Of a stretch of 64,000 nucleotides of DNA, positions 24,546-37,429 are shown one piece after another. Under the pieces are notes generated by a model, which was given only the letters and a program-made list of their open reading frames with translations, did no database searches and had not been told where the DNA came from. The stretch's first letter is position 1. The number at the start of each line of letters is the position of its first letter. The position numbers and the translations under genes were made by a program. The stretch spans positions 88,226,001-88,290,000 of the forward strand of contig OZ287749.1 in assembly GCA_965649765.1 (NCBI GenBank). The letters run 5' to 3'. Source of the DNA: Bispira polyomma. Its lineage: Eukaryota.

Positions 24546-25133
24546 ATGATGGGTAAAACCACCTGCTTTTCATCGCTTGCTTTAAGCAGTAAGAATAGAC
24601 AAGTCAGAGAAGATACCAGTGACCAAGAGTCTCTGACACTGGATGACGATGTAGATGCTGTAGAACAGGATGAAGAAGCAGGTGGTGAATGTTCCTACAT
24701 GCCTGCCAGTGTACAATGTATGACGGATGAAGACCAACTGGACATTGAAGCGGACGATGATGATAATGACCAGAACTTCCATGTTGTGGTCAGTCTGAAA
24801 AGCCGCTTATGGTCATTGCGTGCAGTGTTGGTGTCTGGACATGGCTTGATCTGTGTATACGTTGGTTTAGTCATACTGCTTGTGGGCTCCGGTGTCTCCT
24901 TGGTGGTTGTGTGCATCCACGTGATCAAGCCTTACGTGTTGGTGTCTGAATTTAAACCGACAGAATGTTACACTCTGGGATTGACTAAAGAAGGTACCAG
25001 AGGATGTATGTGTGGGATTGGGTGTAACAATAGGTACACCTGTGTACACGTCACAGTAGGATATCCTTCCCCACACAACCAGACCTGGCTGAATGTGACC
25101 ATGTACGAGGACGAGTCCATTATTGGATCGCAG
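24546..25133 (+). CDS. KCNMB: Calcium-activated (BK) potassium channel beta subunit-like (KCNMB/TipE-related), first large coding exon
   Basis: Acidic N-terminus, hydrophobic TM1 (GLICVYVGLVILLVGSGVSLVVVCIHVIKPY), then TEC...CMCGIGC..RYTCVHVTVGY...MYEDES, matching the recalled KCNMB loop pattern (C..CG..C...YPC..V.V...LY..E). Donor CAG|gtaatg at 25133/4. The start codon is uncertain and the symbol is family-level only. Confidence 0.7.
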
Positions 25134-25909
25134 GTAATGCATAGTCTTATTCTCTGATAAATAAAATGTAAACTTAAGACCTGTTCTTCTGCTACTTCCG
25201 AGGTATGAATACCAACTCACACCTTGTGAATAACACCAAGAACGGCCATACAGCTGGCGAACACGGCTCGTGAGTAGAAAGTTGGCGGAGTACTCCCAAT
25301 CTGTGGCCTTGACCGAGAGCACTGGGAAAATGGCTACCAGTAAATATGGTTATTTGCTTGGCATTTTAGTATGACAGATTTTTATCAAATATTATGCACA
25401 TAAATCTCCCTAATAATTTATTTAAATACAAAAGGTTGAAATTTTTATTCATTTTACTATATTTTAACTTTATAAATTTTAACACCACGTAAGATAGAGA
25501 GAAATTCACGCCTCATGTGTTTACAAACTCAAGAACTCTCACCGTTTGTGTGCACCGACCAGTGGTATTTACCAAACTCATAAGGGGCCTTGAACGTAGC
25601 ATTATAATTCCAAAATTTATAATATGCTGGCCCAGTATGTTCCAAAGAACCAAAGAAAATCAAGATCCAGTTTAGATACAAAAAAATGGAGGCTATGTGG
25701 AAATACTTGTGTAGGAAATAAACCTGTACCTGTGATCATTAATTTTAATAAAGCTTTTATAAGTGTTGAATTAAAATATACAGTCAATGTTTAGTAAACC
25801 TCACTCTCAGAGATATGGCAACTTGAGCCTAAGTTGAGCTTAAAATATTTCCAAGAGACTGCCACTGGTTAATATACAGGGTTTTTGCAATGGCTCACAT
25901 TATACTACA

Positions 25910-26020
25910 CAGGCGATATTCACAAAGGTTTAGTCTTAGAAATTGTCCTAAATCTAGCACAAAAGTACACTAGATCTAGGACAAAGTCTTGGCTTAGCTC
26001 TTTTGTGAATTACACCCCAG
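25910..26020. mobile_element. Short degenerate palindromic MITE
   Basis: caggcgatattcacaaag ... ttttgtgaattacaccccag, with an internal cctaaatctag/ctagatctagg inverted pair. Confidence 0.4.
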
Positions 26021-26814
26021 TTCAAGATGGCCGACATGCCAACATGAGATAAAATTCCAAGATGCCTGACATACCAAAAAGAGGCAGAGGATCGAAGAGT
26101 GATATATGCAATTGCCAAGGCTAAAGTGCTTTGATTCAATGACACAACAAAAACTCCTTAGTTAGTAAAATTAGTAAAATAGTGTAAAGACTAAGTTTAA
26201 TTTGCTCCCCCCCCTACGCCAGCCACAAGGTATAATAATAATATAGTATAATGTGGGGAGGGTGTCAAATTAATTTAAAACTAAATTGAATTCTAAGTCT
26301 TCATAAATATATTTCCCAGGCAGGCAATAAAACTATAAAAGCACATTGCCTTTTAAAAAAATAGTCATTGCTTTATCATAATATGGGTATTTCTTTCTTA
26401 AACATTTTGATTTTTGTTTTTTGATAGACGCTTTGATTTTTTCAAAAACGACACACTGTAATAAATATATTGATTTTCCGTGGGTAAAATTTACATGGAG
26501 GATAATTTGACACTAATGAAGTGTATGATATTGATATTAGCTTTGTTCTAACTACATTATCAGACTTAATGTAGTGTAACTGAGAAGCCTTATCAGAGTA
26601 AAATTACTGTTGCTTCATTTCGTGTGCACATCATTTCATTTAGTTCGCTTGCAGATTATGGTCTGGTAATGGAAATTCAATTTTAAAGCAAAAGTACTAC
26701 AGGGCCCCGTAAATCTCAACAAAAATAACCTAATGAGCTCAATATACTACTCCACTCCAGTAAACACTATTCGAAAGTCCTATTTATTTTAGATCTGACA
26801 TTGAGGATATGTCT

Positions 26815-27725
26815 GAGTTGAGCTTGTTAAGACCTATGGGAAATACGATTATAGCTTGTTACGACATAAAGGAAATACGGTTAGAGCTTGTCAAGACCTT
26901 TAAGGAATATAGTTAGAGTTTGTGAAGACCTATGGGAATAAGGTTAGAGCTTGTTAAGACATAAGGGGAATATGGTTAGAGCTTGTCAAGACCTTTGGTG
27001 AATATAGTTAGAGTTTGTGAAGACCTATTTTGAATATGGTTAAAGCTTGCTAAGACATAAGGGGAGTATGGTTGGAGCTTGTCAAGACCTTTGGCGAATA
27101 TATTTAGAGCTTGTTAAGACCTATGGGGAATGCGCTTCTAGCTTGTTAAGACATAAGGGGAATACGGTTAGAGCTTGTTGAGACCTATGGGGAATACGGT
27201 TAGAGCTTGTCAAGACCTATGTGGAATATGGTTAGAGCTGGCAAAAACATAATGGGAATATGGTAAGAGTTTGTTAAGACCTATGGGAATATGGTGAGAG
27301 CTTTTTAAAACCTATGGGGAATATGGTTAGAGCTGGTTAAGACATAATGGGAATATGGTTAGAGCTTGTTAAGACCTACGTGGAATATGGATAGAGCTTG
27401 TTAAGACATAAGGGGGATGTGGTTAGAGCTTGTTAAGACCTATGGGGAATATGGTTAGAGCTTGTTGAGAACTATGGGGAATATGGTTAGAGCTTGTTTA
27501 GACATAATGGGAATATGGTTAGAGCTGGTTAAGACCTATGGGGAATATGGTTCGAGCTTGTTAAGACCCATGGAGTATATGGTTAGAGCTGGTTAGGACC
27601 TATGAGGAATATGGTTTTAGATGGTTAAGACCTATGGAGAACATGGTTAGAGTTTGTTAAGACACATTCAGAATATGGTCAGAGCTTGTTAAGACATAAG
27701 GGGAATATGGTTAGAGCTTGTAACG
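26815..27725. repeat. 32-bp minisatellite, ~28 copies
   Basis: Consensus gagcttgttaagacctatggggaatatggtta, with variants (ataagg/ataatg/cttt) in the variable segment. Confidence 0.97.
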
Positions 27726-28964
27726 AGGGTTTAGGGATAATGGGAATTTTGTGGTATTGTTGATCCATTTGCCTGGTGGCTGGCAGAAATCTTTTCCAGT
27801 AATCTGAAATTGGGGACAAGACAAATTCTTGTTAATATAAATATATGAACTAAAGAACCAGTACTGCAGCATGTTAAAAATTAAAATTTTTTGTAGGCCT
27901 GGGCGTTAGGGTGTTAGTCTTAACTTAGTTTTAAGCCTAATATTTATGTCTAAAATATTTAAGACTTCTTACTGTGAGACTTAGTATTAAGAGAAAAAAC
28001 AAGATCTCCTTTCCTTATCATCACTTGGACAAATACCACAATCTTAACTTTTTCGACCCAAATCAAAGACCAAACTCTTTAGGGTAAGACTCAGATATTT
28101 TGTAAATATGGGCCCTAAAGAAAATAATTTAACTGTAATTGCTATGCAGTGAATAAATCTGAATGTTAAATCATCAAGTATGAGTTTACAGTAATTATTA
28201 TCAGTAATGTGGGTGTTACTAGTAGATGAGTATGTCAATAGTATAGGTCCATTACAGTACAGTATTCATTTAGTTAAAAGGGCCGGGAGTCGTTAATGTC
28301 ATTAATGGGCCCCAAATCTGCAAGTTGGTCTTTGTGATAAAAACAATGCTTCTTTGAATTAAAACTATTGTTTATATATTTACAATAGAGAGTCATTTGG
28401 TACAATAATGTTCCTCTAATAAACTTACCACCCCGTGCAGATTAACTAATAGTAAAAGTAAATTATTTTGTTGGGAATTTTGTTGACCCAATTGCTAATA
28501 ATAATTCATGGAGCGATGATAAAAACCCACAATTCCCTAGAAAATCATGTTATTGTACTAAAAAGATGGGATTGTATGAATGTGTTAGTGTATGTGTGTC
28601 AGTCTGACTTAGTAATAGCTCATTTGTTCCCTTTGCTACAGAAGGACTAATGCCTGTATTACTGAATATCGGAGATCAATATATCCAAATTACAGAAGGC
28701 ATCCACAAGTTATGGACAGACTAGCCCATTCTATACAGAGGATCACATAGCATGTAGTATATGTATAAAGTAATTTCTTACTATAGCTACAACCCAGACA
28801 TAGTGTGTTTATATTATTACAGTAATGTCTTGCAATTAATTGTTGTACACAGATTGTAATGTATGACATTGTTGTTTTTAAGTAATTTTAGAACTAGTTG
28901 ATTATTATTTTAATATTACCTCTACATAGGAGGTCATATATTTCCCTTATCTATTGATTGGTTC

Positions 28965-30190
28965 TAATCTAATCTAATCTAGTCGTACTTTTATAGCGCT
29001 TAATCTTTGTACAACAAATTTTAAGGCGCAACAAACCCAAAACGTTAATCGAAAATCAAAAATAGTGGGCGGATGGAAGTCATAACCAGGGAGACTACCG
29101 TAAATGGTTGCGACGGCTAAGGTGGAAAAGCCTGTTCAAAAAGATAGGCCTTCAGCTTACTCCTGAAGAGGAGAAAGTTTTAGCCAGGCGAATTTGATCA
29201 GGTAGGCTGTTCCAAATGAGGGGGCCATCATGAGCTAGGCAGTGATTGAACTGAACTTTGGATTTGTGGATGCAAGGGTCGAAAGTGGGAATGTTAAGGT
29301 ATAATTTATCAGGGTTTCTGCGCCTTGTCCTGACTGAGCATGTATATTTGGATAGATGGGGGCTAAAATAAGTGGGTAATCCAGAATTTAGAAATTTATA
29401 TATTATTGTTGCTGCCAAGAATGTCAAGTGGAAAACAGCTGGACAATTTTTCTCGTTGCGACTTGGAGCCAAACAAAATAAACTCAGTCTTGTCAGGGTT
29501 CAGCTTGAGTTTATTTGCTGCCATCCAGTGTTGTACATCAACAAGGCAGTTCTGTAAGGAAGTGAAAGCTGCCTGGGCAGAGTCAGGTGTAAGGTGGATG
29601 TACAGTTGGGTATCATCAGCATAGAAGTGAAAGTTTGTGTTTTTGTATGCAGCAATAATCTTGCTGAGTGGAGTGGTGTACATGGAAAACAAAATGGGAC
29701 CCAGGACGGAACCTTGGGGAACACCAAATTTTAACCATGTTGAGTCAGATAAGATATTGCCAATTTTGACTGATTGGAATCTATCAGACAAATATGCCGT
29801 GAACCACTTAAGCGCCATACCGCTGATACCGAACCAAGACGATAGGCACTCAAGAAGAACTTTGTGATCAATAGTATCAAAGGCTGCTGACAGATCCAGC
29901 AGTACAAAGGCAGTAGGCATACCTTTGGATAAAGATGTATGAACATCATTTTTGATGCAGAGAAGTGCAGTCTCAGTAGAATGACCACTTTTGTACGCTG
30001 ACTGATACTTATTGGACAGATTGCTGACGTCAACATGTTGTTTGATCTGTAAGGCAACCGCGCGTTCTACCAACTTAGAGATATAGAAAAGGCCTGAGAC
30101 AGGACGGTAATTTTTCAAGTCAGCCGTTGGAAGAGAAGGTTTTTTTTATTAAAGGAGTGACAATAGCCTTTTTAAAATCATCTGGAAAGA
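28965..30190 (-). mobile_element. 5'-truncated L2/CR1-group LINE with an internal deletion
   Basis: ORF 29396-30118: NYRPVS, QSAYK, LLDLSAAFDTIDH, GVPQGSVLGPILF, FYADDTQLY, KLNPDKTE. 3' end AFPP* with an (TAGAT)n tail at ~28965. Confidence 0.92.
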
Positions 30191-30559
30191 CGATTATGCA
30201 TTTTTAACGTGCTGTATTAATGCTAGGCACCTTCAACAGCATAATCAGTGATCCCTGGACATAGCAAAAACTTAAATATATCAACTAATATATTCATAAA
30301 TGTATGAAGACGAAGCTCTAACTACATTTACCTGGTTTAACACTACACCTATTTTTAATGACAAAGTGAACAAATATTACATTCAGCAGCAAGCCTTTTC
30401 TGAATACAAAATAAAACTTGCACAGTATATTGTAAGTATATACAACATATGTATTACTGTGTAAAACTGTGTATAAAATGGGCCATAAATGGTAGTGGGT
30501 CTCAAAGGTGAAATAATGTCAAAAATATAATTTCTGTAAATACAAGTAAAATGTAAATG

Positions 30560-30755
30560 TGTGTAGGATTATAGTCTGATATCACCTCTATTGAGGTCTC
30601 AGCCGACTTTACAGTTTTACCCACCCCCATCGTGGGTTCTTCCACTTTTCAAAAAATTGTTCAGTCTCAGCTCCCTTTGAGAGTATACTAGCCAGGGCTC
30701 CCGGATAACTCAGATCCAAAGTCTGACACTTTAACCGCAGGGCCACACAGACCAT
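30560..30755 (-). mobile_element. Degenerate SINE
   Basis: Minus strand gtggccctgcggttaaagtgtcagact (tRNA-like head), then ctggctagtatactctc.aagggagctgag, a segment resembling a SINE core. Confidence 0.45.
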
Positions 30756-31249
30756 AAGTCTCAAAGTCAAAGAGTATCAAAGTGTGTACTTTTGTAAGAG
30801 AAATTCAAAGAACTAAGAATTTGTTTATCAGACAGGTTGTCAAGTGGATTACTTTCGTCAAGAAATACCCAATATTTCCAAAAATGCTTTCATTTCTTCG
30901 GCCAGGATAAATTGCTCTACGTAAGTAGGATCTCCACTTAGCAGGCTCGATGTTAAAGTGGGAAGACCTCCAGAATGTATTGCAGCTGCTTTAGTTATAA
31001 AACATATGCTAAAGTTGAGATATGACATTTGTTTTGCGTTGATAACATTCACGAGGTGACAAGTAGGCACACACAATGTGTATTACCTCAAGTCTTAAAT
31101 GTGTATCATTGTTCCATAATGTTATATGTACTCGATTAAAAAATAATTTTCATAATTATATGAATGAATAAATAAAATAACTTGTCAACTCATGAGTGCA
31201 ACGTCATAAAGTTAATAACTCTGAGTTTAAGAAGTTCTGACATATTTCT

Positions 31250-32136
31250 CCTGAAGCTGAACCCTGAGAAGACTGAGTTTATTTTGTTTGGCTCCAAGTC
31301 ACAATGGGAAAAATTGTCCAGCTGTTTTCCGCTTGACATTCTTGGCAGCAGGTTTTTTCCAGCTGACAAAGTACGAAACCTGGGTGTGGTGTTCGACTCT
31401 GAATTCTACTTCTCTAACCATGTCGCATCGGTGTGTAGATCATGTTTTGTTGGCCTCCGTGATTTCAGGCGGATTCGACACTATCTTTCCAATCCACTGC
31501 AATCACTGTTGCCAATGCTTTGGTCAGCAGTAGGCTTGATTACTGCAACTCTCTGTTTCGTTCCTTATCTCGTAGTGATCTTAGGCGCTTTCAGAATATC
31601 CAACACTCATTGGCACGTATTATGACCAAAACTTCTAAATTCTCCCACATTACTCCTGTACTCAAGTCACTGCACTGGCTCCCAATAAAATATCGTGTTG
31701 CTTTCAAAACAGCAACAATAATATATAAATTTCTAAATTCTGGATTACCCACTTATTTTAGCCCCCACCTATCCAAATATACATGCTCAGTTAGGACAAG
31801 GCGCAGTAACCCTGATAAATTATACCTTAACATTCCCACTTTCGACCCTCGCATCCACAAATCCAAAGTTCAGTTCAATCACTGCCTAGCTCATGATGGC
31901 CCCCTCATTTGGAACAGCCTACCTGATCATGTTCGCCTGGCTCAAACTTTCTCCTCTTTCAGGAGTAAGCTGAAGGCCTATCTTTTTGAACAGGCTTTTC
32001 CACCTTAGCCGTCGCAAGCATTTACGGTAGTCTCCCTGGTTACAACTTCCATCCGCCCACTATTTTTGATTTTCGATTAACGTTTTGGGTTTGTTGCGCC
32101 TTAGAATTTGTTGTACAAAGATTAAGCGCTATAAAA
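31250..32136 (+). mobile_element. 5'-truncated L2/CR1-group LINE, same subfamily as 28965-30190, opposite orientation
   Basis: KLNPEKTEFI, RNLGVVFDS, VSSRLDYCNSL, LHWLPI, AFPP*; the 3' ~430 bp are near-identical to the reverse complement of 28990-29410. Confidence 0.92.
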
Positions 32137-35100
32137 AACAGTTTTTATTACAGTGCAAAATATATTCACATTTTCTTCTGAATGAGGTAATATTATTGGT
32201 TTATTACAAATAGTTCACTTGAGGATATAGCCATGTTTTATAGTCATCCATAATCAACTTCAGTTTTATTAGTTTTGAGATGGTAAAAACTAGATTTGAG
32301 ATTCTTATCAGTTTTGTGAGAGAACTTGCCAACCCAAAACATGTAACTAAGATGTAAAAATCTGATTGCGTAATCAGCACCCAATTATATGTAGCATAGG
32401 TTTTATGTTGTTAATAAAAAATCACAAGATTAATGAGACACTCCCGGACGAGTTTTCTAGGCCCAAAAAAAGACACTTGAACCTTAAAGCTGTTACATTT
32501 GTGCAGTGTCAGAGCTGGCATTTAGCTGTGACAGAAAGAAAACCAACTTTACAAGGGACTAGGGTGAATTAGATTTAAAGTCTAATTCCATCAATCATTT
32601 CAGCCGCCTTGATGGTATATGGTGTTTCTATTTGCCCTATGTTATATTATATCACATCAGTCTTCTGAAGTTACATATAACCAAAAATTTGGTTATAAAT
32701 TAAATCAATTATTTCTTTTTCTTATCTGAGCAAATTTGACACTCTCTTTTTTTTTGCTTCAATATACCATTCCATTTTAAGAACCCTGTATCCCCTGATG
32801 TTTTGGAAGATCTCCGTTAGTGGATTATGATTTTTCGTTTATCTATTTCATGGTATTGTAGGCTGTGTGGTTTTCTGTGGCCTAGTGGTTAGGAAGTTGG
32901 TCTGGTGACCAGAAGGTCCCAGATTCCACTCCAGGTATCTTATATATAAAAAATGTCATAATTTTGAAAGTAGCAATTTTAAATGGTTTTTCGGATGAAA
33001 TGTTTGGGGAACAAACATCTGATTTTACCCAACACGCATTTGTTAATTTTTTTAAAAAAACTAAACCTCCTGAGATCAAATGTATCAAAAACTATTACTT
33101 GATCAGATAAAACATACTTTACAACAAAGAAGAGAAAAATCAGGAGTCTTAAAAAGTCTTAAAAAATGCCACTTTCATGAATAATAGAACTTTTTTGTAG
33201 GTTTTCAACTAAATCTCTAGAGAGATAACTATGTTACAGTAGAACCTCTATTATATAAACATGTTCGGAGAGCAAGATTGTGTTCGGATAATAGAATGTT
33301 TGATTTAGTAAAAAACAGTAGCAAGTTTTGGGAAATATAGTTCAAATTTAGAACTTAACTCATATTGAGTTTGCATCCTTACAAATATAGTAGAGTATGT
33401 GTGTGAAAGTCTGTATGTAAAGTGGCATGTCCAATGTCCACCAAATTGGGTTTAGTTATCGGTAACTATTACTTTAAAATTTAAAACTAGTATTTTGAAA
33501 TGTTGTACCCTAAAAAGTAGTTTTGTAGAGAAATTCAACTTAAAGTGATTTTAGTTAGACATAGTCTACTGTAATATTTTAACTGGTAGACAACTGTCCT
33601 TGATTCAAAAACTGTGAATAGAGCTTTGTAATTTGAGCTCAATGAAAGCAAGTTAAAACAAGATTTGGACAGTGATGTAATGGTGCTACTCACACACATA
33701 GAATAAATCCCCTACTCTGTCGTCCTCTCATTATACTTTCTTTGTAACAATGTTTATCCTGCTGAGCTCACCACAAAAAACAAGGCCACCTCTGCCCTCA
33801 GATGCCACAAAGATGTAGTTTGCAATTTATTGATACACAGGAATTTTTTCCGCGTATTCAATTATGAATCAACCAGTTTTTTTCTCGTCTTTTTACTTTG
33901 CTGTTCCATTCTGTGAAACTGTCAGATAGACGGGTAAATACGAGGTTTTCCAACAGAACATAAGTGCCTCTTTTAACCTATATTACCTAAGTGTGACCTT
34001 GTCATTTAGGCCTATGATTTTGTTAATACATGAAGTCTACTATCTATTTACATACTGGACAAAGTTAAGTATACAATAAAGTTAAGACCACCTTAAGACT
34101 TGATAAGAATAAAATTGACTTAAATTAAGGAATAAGGTTACCTCAGCCTAAGTTGCAAGCATTTTTTCATAAACAATATTTTATTGAAGCAAAATAATCA
34201 GGCAAAATCAAAAAGATTATTTTAAGCCTTCCCGCAAGTTGGCAAGCATTAATTTCAGTCTTTGAATTTAAGGTTAACTTAAGATTATGAAATACTTAAA
34301 TATGGGTTAAGGTTACAGTTACACTTATTTAGGCCTATTAATGATACTTCAAACATAATTTTTTTCTGAAGCTTGAAATACACATGGGACAGTTATATTT
34401 GACCAAATTGTAGTAGGATTAGAATATCATTAGTATGATCACTATAAAATGCCCTCGGCCGGTTTTACATTGGGGCCTTAGTAACTTCTTTTTCCATTAT
34501 TACAAATTCCCATTAAAACCAATGGAGGTTAATGTAATTCAATAATTACTTGTCCAAAAAATTACTCATCATAGTTAAAATGACATTGTTTACATGAAGG
34601 TTACTTTGCTACTATATATGGTAAAGGTGAGACAAGTGCACTGTTAAACTTGCTAAAGTGTGATGTTTTAGATCTTGATGTTACTTGATAGGGCTTGAAA
34701 CTCCCCTACCCTCTGATTGAATGGTGGTAGCTCCAAAAAATTGCCCGTAATAGTAAAATTACATTGTTTACATGAAGATTACTTTGCTAAAGGTAAAGGT
34801 GAGACAAGTGCACTGTTAGATTTGCTAAAGTGTGATGTTTTAGAACTTGATGTTACTTGGTTGGGCTCAAAACTCCCTTGCTCTCTGATTGGATGGTGGT
34901 ACCCACCCAGCTAATAAGACATAATTAAATATTGGAGTTACGGTGAAATAATTTCCTGAGGAAATGCTGTTAATGGTCTTCAGAAATTGTCTCTACCAGC
35001 TTTCACTTTGGACAAAGAGGAAACTTGTCACAGTTTAAATAGTCATTTACATTTGAGCCCTGATAACATTGATCTGGCAATGTTAACCCCATGTAGCTTT

Positions 35101-35864
35101 TACAACACGAATCTAATGTAATGTCACTTAAGGTACTTAAACTCCGTGGTAATAGATTCTAAGATACAATCAACCAGAAATCAATGTTCCCTAATCATAT
35201 GGTCATTAAACAGAAGTAGTCATGTACTATAGAGATACCAGGAAAGAATATCTATAAGGGAGCATAGGTTTTGTCAAATAACAAGATTTTGAGTTTTTTG
35301 GTGTAAATGACATAGATAAAGTCAGTGTGAATAAACTGAAACATGTTATCCCATATTATATATTGAGGGGAATGCTTTAAAGAACATTTAAATATATTTG
35401 TTTGTTGAAAATAAATATAAAAAGAAGGAAAAAGAACAAAATATATAAACATTGATGCTATATCTTCCAGAACGCATGTTACAGAAATTTATGCACATTT
35501 TGCAAGAATATTATCACAGTGTTAATGTTATTGACCTTATAAGGTCATTTGTGACTCTGCATATGCACAACAGGGAAAGGGTACTAAAATTGCATATGTA
35601 TTTCTAAAAAATTAATAGAATGACTTTAATTTATGAGGACGATCTTGGCTTCATAGTTTAGTTTGGGTTTAATGTCACTTTCAATAAATCTTGTATCATA
35701 TAATGACAAGCAGTACCGCTTGTCTTGATATCCAAGCAGTGTAGTTTGTCAAGGTTTTCTGCTCTGCAAACCACCAGCCTTAAACAAGTTTACTAACAAC
35801 TTTCTCCAAAGACACACTATGGCTCAGTTTACCTAACAGCGAATATTCAGATAATAGAAGTTGA

Positions 35865-36072
35865 ATTTAGTCGAGTTCAACAGCTTAGGTCATATTGTGA
35901 AGAATCAATTTAAGGGGGAGAAAAAACTAGTTCTGAAGCACTATAAGCCTACAGCAAATACTTGACAGACTTTTGCTCATAAAGAAACAAACAGGATTCG
36001 AACCCACATTGGTGAGAGACCAGTCATTATTAGCAAGCTAGCACTTCTAACCACTAAGGCCATCACGACCCT
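35865..36072 (-). mobile_element. tRNA-derived SINE (shared by units A and B; paralog 47520-47742)
   Basis: Plus strand aggattcgaacccac and taaccactaaggccatc are the B and A boxes on the minus strand. Confidence 0.75.
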
Positions 36073-37117
36073 TATTCAGATATTAGAAGTTCAGATATAT
36101 TAAAGATTCTAAACTACAACACTCCCAAAAGTACAGCATCTCCCTGGTAACCAGCATGGACAGAGTTAGAATTCCTATGTCTGACAGCTTTGTCACACAT
36201 CTCACAAGTCATAAACTCACTGATTACATGTAAAACATGAGAGAGACAGAGAGGAAAGAGGGTGGCGGGAGCAGCAACAACACGTTAGAGGTAGAAATGA
36301 AACCGTTAAGTTTTTTGGGCCAAATTATTTGGCCAATTTATGGACCTTTTAATCAAGATTGATGTTTGGGGCTGAATCAGGTGGAGGTAATTTGTGTTAT
36401 TTTTCTTGTAGAGAAAATAATGAGTCTAGATTAAGTGGGTTTAATTTTATAACACCTGTAAATCAGGAACACAAAAACAAAACGTTTTGTCCCTCATTTT
36501 TATGTTCCCCTTTTAATAATAATTACTGATTACATAGTTTCTGCACTTTTTAGTTTATTATGAATCTGATTACCATTATTATATGGAGTATTTGCCAAAT
36601 CTCCAGTAAAATTATTAATTAAATAGTAAATACATCTATACCTCTGCTGATTAACTGTATCTAAATGTAGAAAGAGATCTCCATGGTTTTTGCTTTTATA
36701 ATAACTAGCCTAATTTTCTTATGAAATACTTTTATTTAAAGGTCCAACATATTTTACAGAGTGTAGCCACACCTTGTATTTCCTGGCCATTAATAACACA
36801 TTTGGGCCACATTTTGTACAGCCTAATTGCCTATATTGCTAGATATTACGTCAGTAAATCATCTAAGTGATTTAATGAACAACTCAGAGCCAGGATTTTA
36901 AGCCTCATTTTCTAAAAACATTAAGTGTAACAATATTGTAAAAAAAAATAATATAATTTGAAGCATTTACATAACACCAAATTGATGAAAAGGCATTCTT
37001 CTGTGTATTCTGTGAGTTTAGGAAGGGAAGCCTATAACATAAAATTTAACGCAATCAGATAAGCAATTTTGTGTTCACATCTTGTCCATAGCTATTATAC
37101 GCTAAAAATAATTGTTA

Positions 37118-37312
37118 CAGTATAATTTCTATTATCCGAACTTATATTATAAGAATATTCAACTTTATGAACATATGTTCACTCTCCCAATTTTATATTT
37201 CTATGTTATTTTACATTATGTTAAAATATTTCTTTTATTCTATTGTATGAACTTTCTATTATCCCCAAAAATCTTGCTCTCCCAACATGTTCAGATAATA
37301 GACATTTTACTG
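37118..37312. mobile_element. Tc1/pogo-like MITE; representative of a family with many degenerate copies in the window
   Basis: ta|cagtataatttctattatccgaac ... gttcagataatagacattttactg|ta; related ends near 3875, 8520, 33237, 44703, 48836, 60490 and 61520. Confidence 0.65.
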
Positions 37313-37429
37313 TACCTGTAAGTTGAATCAGGGACCCTATGATCACCCGACAAATTTTCTAACCACTAACAAGGTTACACAAGATCACAAATATGTCAGA
37401 ATATTCAGATTTTATACTCAGCGCATTTG

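Noticed and set aside
26815-27725. CRISPR-like array (32-bp periodicity)
   Set aside because: Units are contiguous with no unique spacers, no cas genes are present and the context is eukaryotic; it is a minisatellite.
28965-32136. Twin-primed single LINE insertion or composite transposon
   Set aside because: Both copies have their own 3' end and overlap in sequence; no shared flanking TSD was seen.
32870-32940. tRNA gene (also 44210-44285, 62500-62590)
   Set aside because: A/B-box-like motifs only; no convincing cloverleaf, and the two paralogs are degenerate. Best read as SINE heads.
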